Virus record (IMG/VR): IMGVR_UViG_3300025084_000049
Span: 1 to 46,799 of that record
Strand: one strand, 5' to 3'
Source of the DNA: a virus
Taxonomy: Duplodnaviria > Caudoviricetes
DNA length: 46,799 nt
Shown here: in pieces, positions 44,246-46,799 of the stretch
Position numbering within the stretch: the first letter of the stretch is position 1
Layout: each line of letters starts with the position of its first letter
Notes under the pieces: generated by a model
Told to the model about the DNA's origin: nothing
The model's database searches: none
Seen by the model: only the letters and a program-made list of their open reading frames with translations
Made by a program: the position numbers and the translations under genes

Positions 44246-45304
44246 ATGGCATTTTCGACAGCTTCTGGTCATGGAAACCTACCTAATGGTAATTTCTCGC
44301 CAGTTATCTACAGCAAACAGGTGCAACTTGCATTCCGCAAAGCATCTGTTGCCGAGGCAATCACAAACTCTGACTATTTCGGAGAGATTGCAAACATGGG
44401 TGACTCAGTAAAAATCATCAAAGAACCTGAAATCACCGTAAAAGAATACGCACGTGGTACAACTATCACACCACAAGACTTGGATGATGAAGACTTTTCA
44501 TTGACCATCGACAAAGCAAACTACTTTGCCTTTAAAGTCGATGACATTGAGGAAGCCCACTCTCATGTAAACTTCCAAAGCCTTGCAAGTGATCGTGCTG
44601 CGTATCGTTTGTCAGATCAGTTTGACCAAGACGTTCTTGGTTATCTAACTGGTTTTAAACAATCAGCACTACACGGTACACCAGACACAGTTAACACTAC
44701 TGTTAATGGTTCTAAGGCCGTTTCAACTGCAGGATCAGACGAGTTGTTGTCTTCAATGAAAATTGATGCTAATGACTTTGGTGGTTCAGCAGGTGATGCA
44801 CTTGCACTTCAGCCTCGTACTGGTGGTGCAACTGACTCAACTCCTGCTGCTGGTGACACATTCCCATTGACTGTGATTGCACGTATGTCTCGTCTTCTTG
44901 ACCAGCAAAACGTGGACTCACAAGGTCGTTGGCTTGTTGTTGATCCAGTATTTATGGAACTGCTGAAAGATGAGGACTCCCGTTTGTTTAACGCAGACTT
45001 TGGTGGTTCTGGTCTTCAGAATGGTCAAATCGGAACTAAGATTCACGGATTTACCTGTTATACGTCTAACAACCTTCCTACCGTTGGTACTGGTCCTTCC
45101 TTTACTGGAACGAACTCATCTACTAGCTATGGCATGATTGTTGCTGGACATGATTCTGCTGTCGCAACTGCGGAGCAAATCAACAAAACAGAAACATACC
45201 GTGACCCAGATTCATTTGCCGACATTGTTCGGGGTATGCATCTATATGGCCGCAAGATTCTTCGCCCAGAAGCTCTTGTGAATGCTAAGTATCACTTGGC
45301 ATAA
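44246..45304 (+). CDS. Major capsid protein
   Basis: 352 aa; NFSPVIYS, GDSVKI, FAFKVDDIE, FADIVRGMHLYG.KILRPEAL; AAGGAG RBS. Confidence 0.92.
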   Translation: MAFSTASGHGNLPNGNFSPVIYSKQVQLAFRKASVAEAITNSDYFGEIANMGDSVKIIKEPEITVKEYARGTTITPQDLDDEDFSLTIDKANYFAFKVDDIEEAHSHVNFQSLASDRAAYRLSDQFDQDVLGYLTGFKQSALHGTPDTVNTTVNGSKAVSTAGSDELLSSMKIDANDFGGSAGDALALQPRTGGATDSTPAAGDTFPLTVIARMSRLLDQQNVDSQGRWLVVDPVFMELLKDEDSRLFNADFGGSGLQNGQIGTKIHGFTCYTSNNLPTVGTGPSFTGTNSSTSYGMIVAGHDSAVATAEQINKTETYRDPDSFADIVRGMHLYGRKILRPEALVNAKYHLA

Positions 45305-45319
45305 GGGGAGGATTGAAAC

Positions 45320-45802
45320 ATGGCACTTGGTGATAACACCCTTCGTTCAGCCGCAGGTAACTCGCAGCGTGGACGTAACCCCTACATGGTTCAAACTACC
45401 TTGAATTGGGCTACAGCTTTGTCAGACAAAGGTTCTGCTCTTGCAGCTTCCGATGTCGTTCCTGTCATTGCTGTACCTAAAGGTACTATGGTCCTTAATG
45501 CAGGTATCGAAGTTGAAACCGCATCCGATGGTTCTACTTTTACAGTAGACTTGGGTATGGTTGATGCTGACGTATTTGTTGATGGTTTCGATGCTACATC
45601 TGCAGCAGCAGTAGTCGCACAGAACCCTGCAGCATATCAGCCCGTAATGGCTGTTGCTGATGACAACATTGATGTAACAATTGCTACCCTATCAGGTGGT
45701 GCTGTTTCATCAGGTAAGTTCCGTGTTTGGGCAGTCCTAATGGATTGTACAGACATGGGTGACACGTCTGCTAATGAAGTAGATCGTGATACACTTGCCT
45801 AA
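45320..45802 (+). CDS. Putative capsid decoration/minor structural protein
   Basis: 160 aa beta-rich protein right after the MCP; GGAGG RBS. Confidence 0.6.
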   Translation: MALGDNTLRSAAGNSQRGRNPYMVQTTLNWATALSDKGSALAASDVVPVIAVPKGTMVLNAGIEVETASDGSTFTVDLGMVDADVFVDGFDATSAAAVVAQNPAAYQPVMAVADDNIDVTIATLSGGAVSSGKFRVWAVLMDCTDMGDTSANEVDRDTLA

Positions 45803-45814
45803 TAAATAACTACC

Positions 45815-45840
45815 AAGGGGCTGCTTTCGGGTAGCCCCTT
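45815..45840 (+). terminator. Hairpin (UUCG loop) after the capsid genes; probable partial terminator
   Basis: AAGGGGCTGCT-TTCG-GGTAGCCCCTT; weak U-tract. Confidence 0.65.
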
Positions 45841-45866
45841 AGTCACATTTAACTTGAAAGTATCTT

Positions 45867-46574
45867 ATGGCATATACATATCTTGATCTTACAAACGAAG
45901 TTATTTCTCGTTTTAATGAAGTTACGTTGACCTCTTCAGGCTTTACTGCTGCAAGGGGCTTTCAAGTTCAATGTCAAAATGCAGTCAATGACGCAATAGA
46001 ATATATAAACACAAGTGAGTACTCGTGGCCTTTTAATCACAATACAGAAAGTGATACTCTTGTGGCAGGTACTACACGTTACGCAATAGCTACTACTGCT
46101 AAACACGTAGACTACGATACGTTTAGATTAATTAAAGATGATTCATTAAGCTGTTCTGGTGGTAGTCTAAAAGAGCTAGACTATAAATCCTACTTAGATA
46201 ATCATATAGCACAAGAAGATACCACAGGTGTGGGGAGTATTCCTAAGTATGTGTTTAGGACACCAGATAATAAGTATGGTTTATATCCGTATCCAGATAA
46301 AGCATATGCTTTAAAGTATGAGTATTATGCAAACTCTACTTCTTTATCTGCTGCAAGTGATGTACCTGCTATACCTGAACAATACCGTTCTGTAATTGTT
46401 GATGGTGCTACGGCATATGGTTATCAGTATCGTGGTGAAACAAATCAATACCAATTAAACTTTCAACGTTTTGAGGCTGGAATAAAACACATGAGAAGTT
46501 TACTTGTAAATAGAACTGTTTATATTAGGTCAACTGCGTTAAACCGTTATCCAAACGCAAGTAAGTTTATATAA
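45867..46574 (+). CDS. Head-tail adaptor / tail tubular protein A-like
   Basis: TYLDLTNEV...WPF...LYPYPDKAY...P.IPEQY..VIVDGA, typical of podovirus adaptors. Confidence 0.7.
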   Translation: MAYTYLDLTNEVISRFNEVTLTSSGFTAARGFQVQCQNAVNDAIEYINTSEYSWPFNHNTESDTLVAGTTRYAIATTAKHVDYDTFRLIKDDSLSCSGGSLKELDYKSYLDNHIAQEDTTGVGSIPKYVFRTPDNKYGLYPYPDKAYALKYEYYANSTSLSAASDVPAIPEQYRSVIVDGATAYGYQYRGETNQYQLNFQRFEAGIKHMRSLLVNRTVYIRSTALNRYPNASKFI

Positions 46575-46582
46575 GGTAAAGT

Positions 46583-46799
46583 ATGCCAGATCAATCAGGC
46601 CTTAATCCATTTGTATTTCCACTAGAGGGTGGCTTAGTTCTTGACCGTTCTACATTCTCTATGCAACCCGGCATGGCATTAGAGTTAGAAAACTTTGAGC
46701 CTGACGTTGGTGGTGGGTATAGACGAATAAACGGATATACTAAGTGGAATACTAACATAGTACCACAAACCTCTGCCTCTACTGAAGCAGTACTAATGT
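46583..46799 (+). CDS. 5' part of a tail tubular protein B/nozzle-like protein (partial)
   Basis: MPDQSGLNPFVFPLEGGLVLDRS...LENFEPDVGGGYRRINGY, open to the window end. Confidence 0.6.
   Translation, partial: MPDQSGLNPFVFPLEGGLVLDRSTFSMQPGMALELENFEPDVGGGYRRINGYTKWNTNIVPQTSASTEAVLM

Noticed and set aside
1-46799. tRNA genes or a tRNA-derived attP core
   Set aside because: No cloverleaf or T-loop consensus found by eye; tRNAscan-SE and a host BLAST would be needed to exclude them

Overview
This 46.8-kb window is most of the genome of a marine podovirus of the HMO-2011 type. The assignment rests on a family A DNA polymerase with a DnaJ-like zinc-finger insertion, alongside a tyrosine integrase, primase, helicase, ThyX, class II RNR and MazG. 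The host is probably an alphaproteobacterium (roseobacter/SAR116-like; inferred). The sequence looks circularly permuted. An early/replication arm runs on the - strand from ~28.5 kb down to 8.26 kb. A lysis/packaging/structural arm runs on the + strand from ~29.6 kb to the right edge, and its internal virion genes resume at 1-8.2 kb. The arms diverge from a ~1-kb non-coding region (28.5-29.55 kb) and converge at a bidirectional terminator (~8.24 kb). The most striking unexplained structure is in the early region (23.9-28.8 kb). It holds eight co-oriented copies of a 14-bp palindrome, GTCCAAC(A/G)TTGGAC, some just upstream of RBSs and some inside genes. These are interleaved with four long inverted repeats, two of which share an identical 13-nt loop and embed sigma70-like promoters. 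Small genes missing from the ORF track include a DUF1127 protein behind an SD-sequestering leader and an ArfA-like peptide; a tracked 86-aa ORF is Rmf-like. All family calls come from motif recognition, not database searches.
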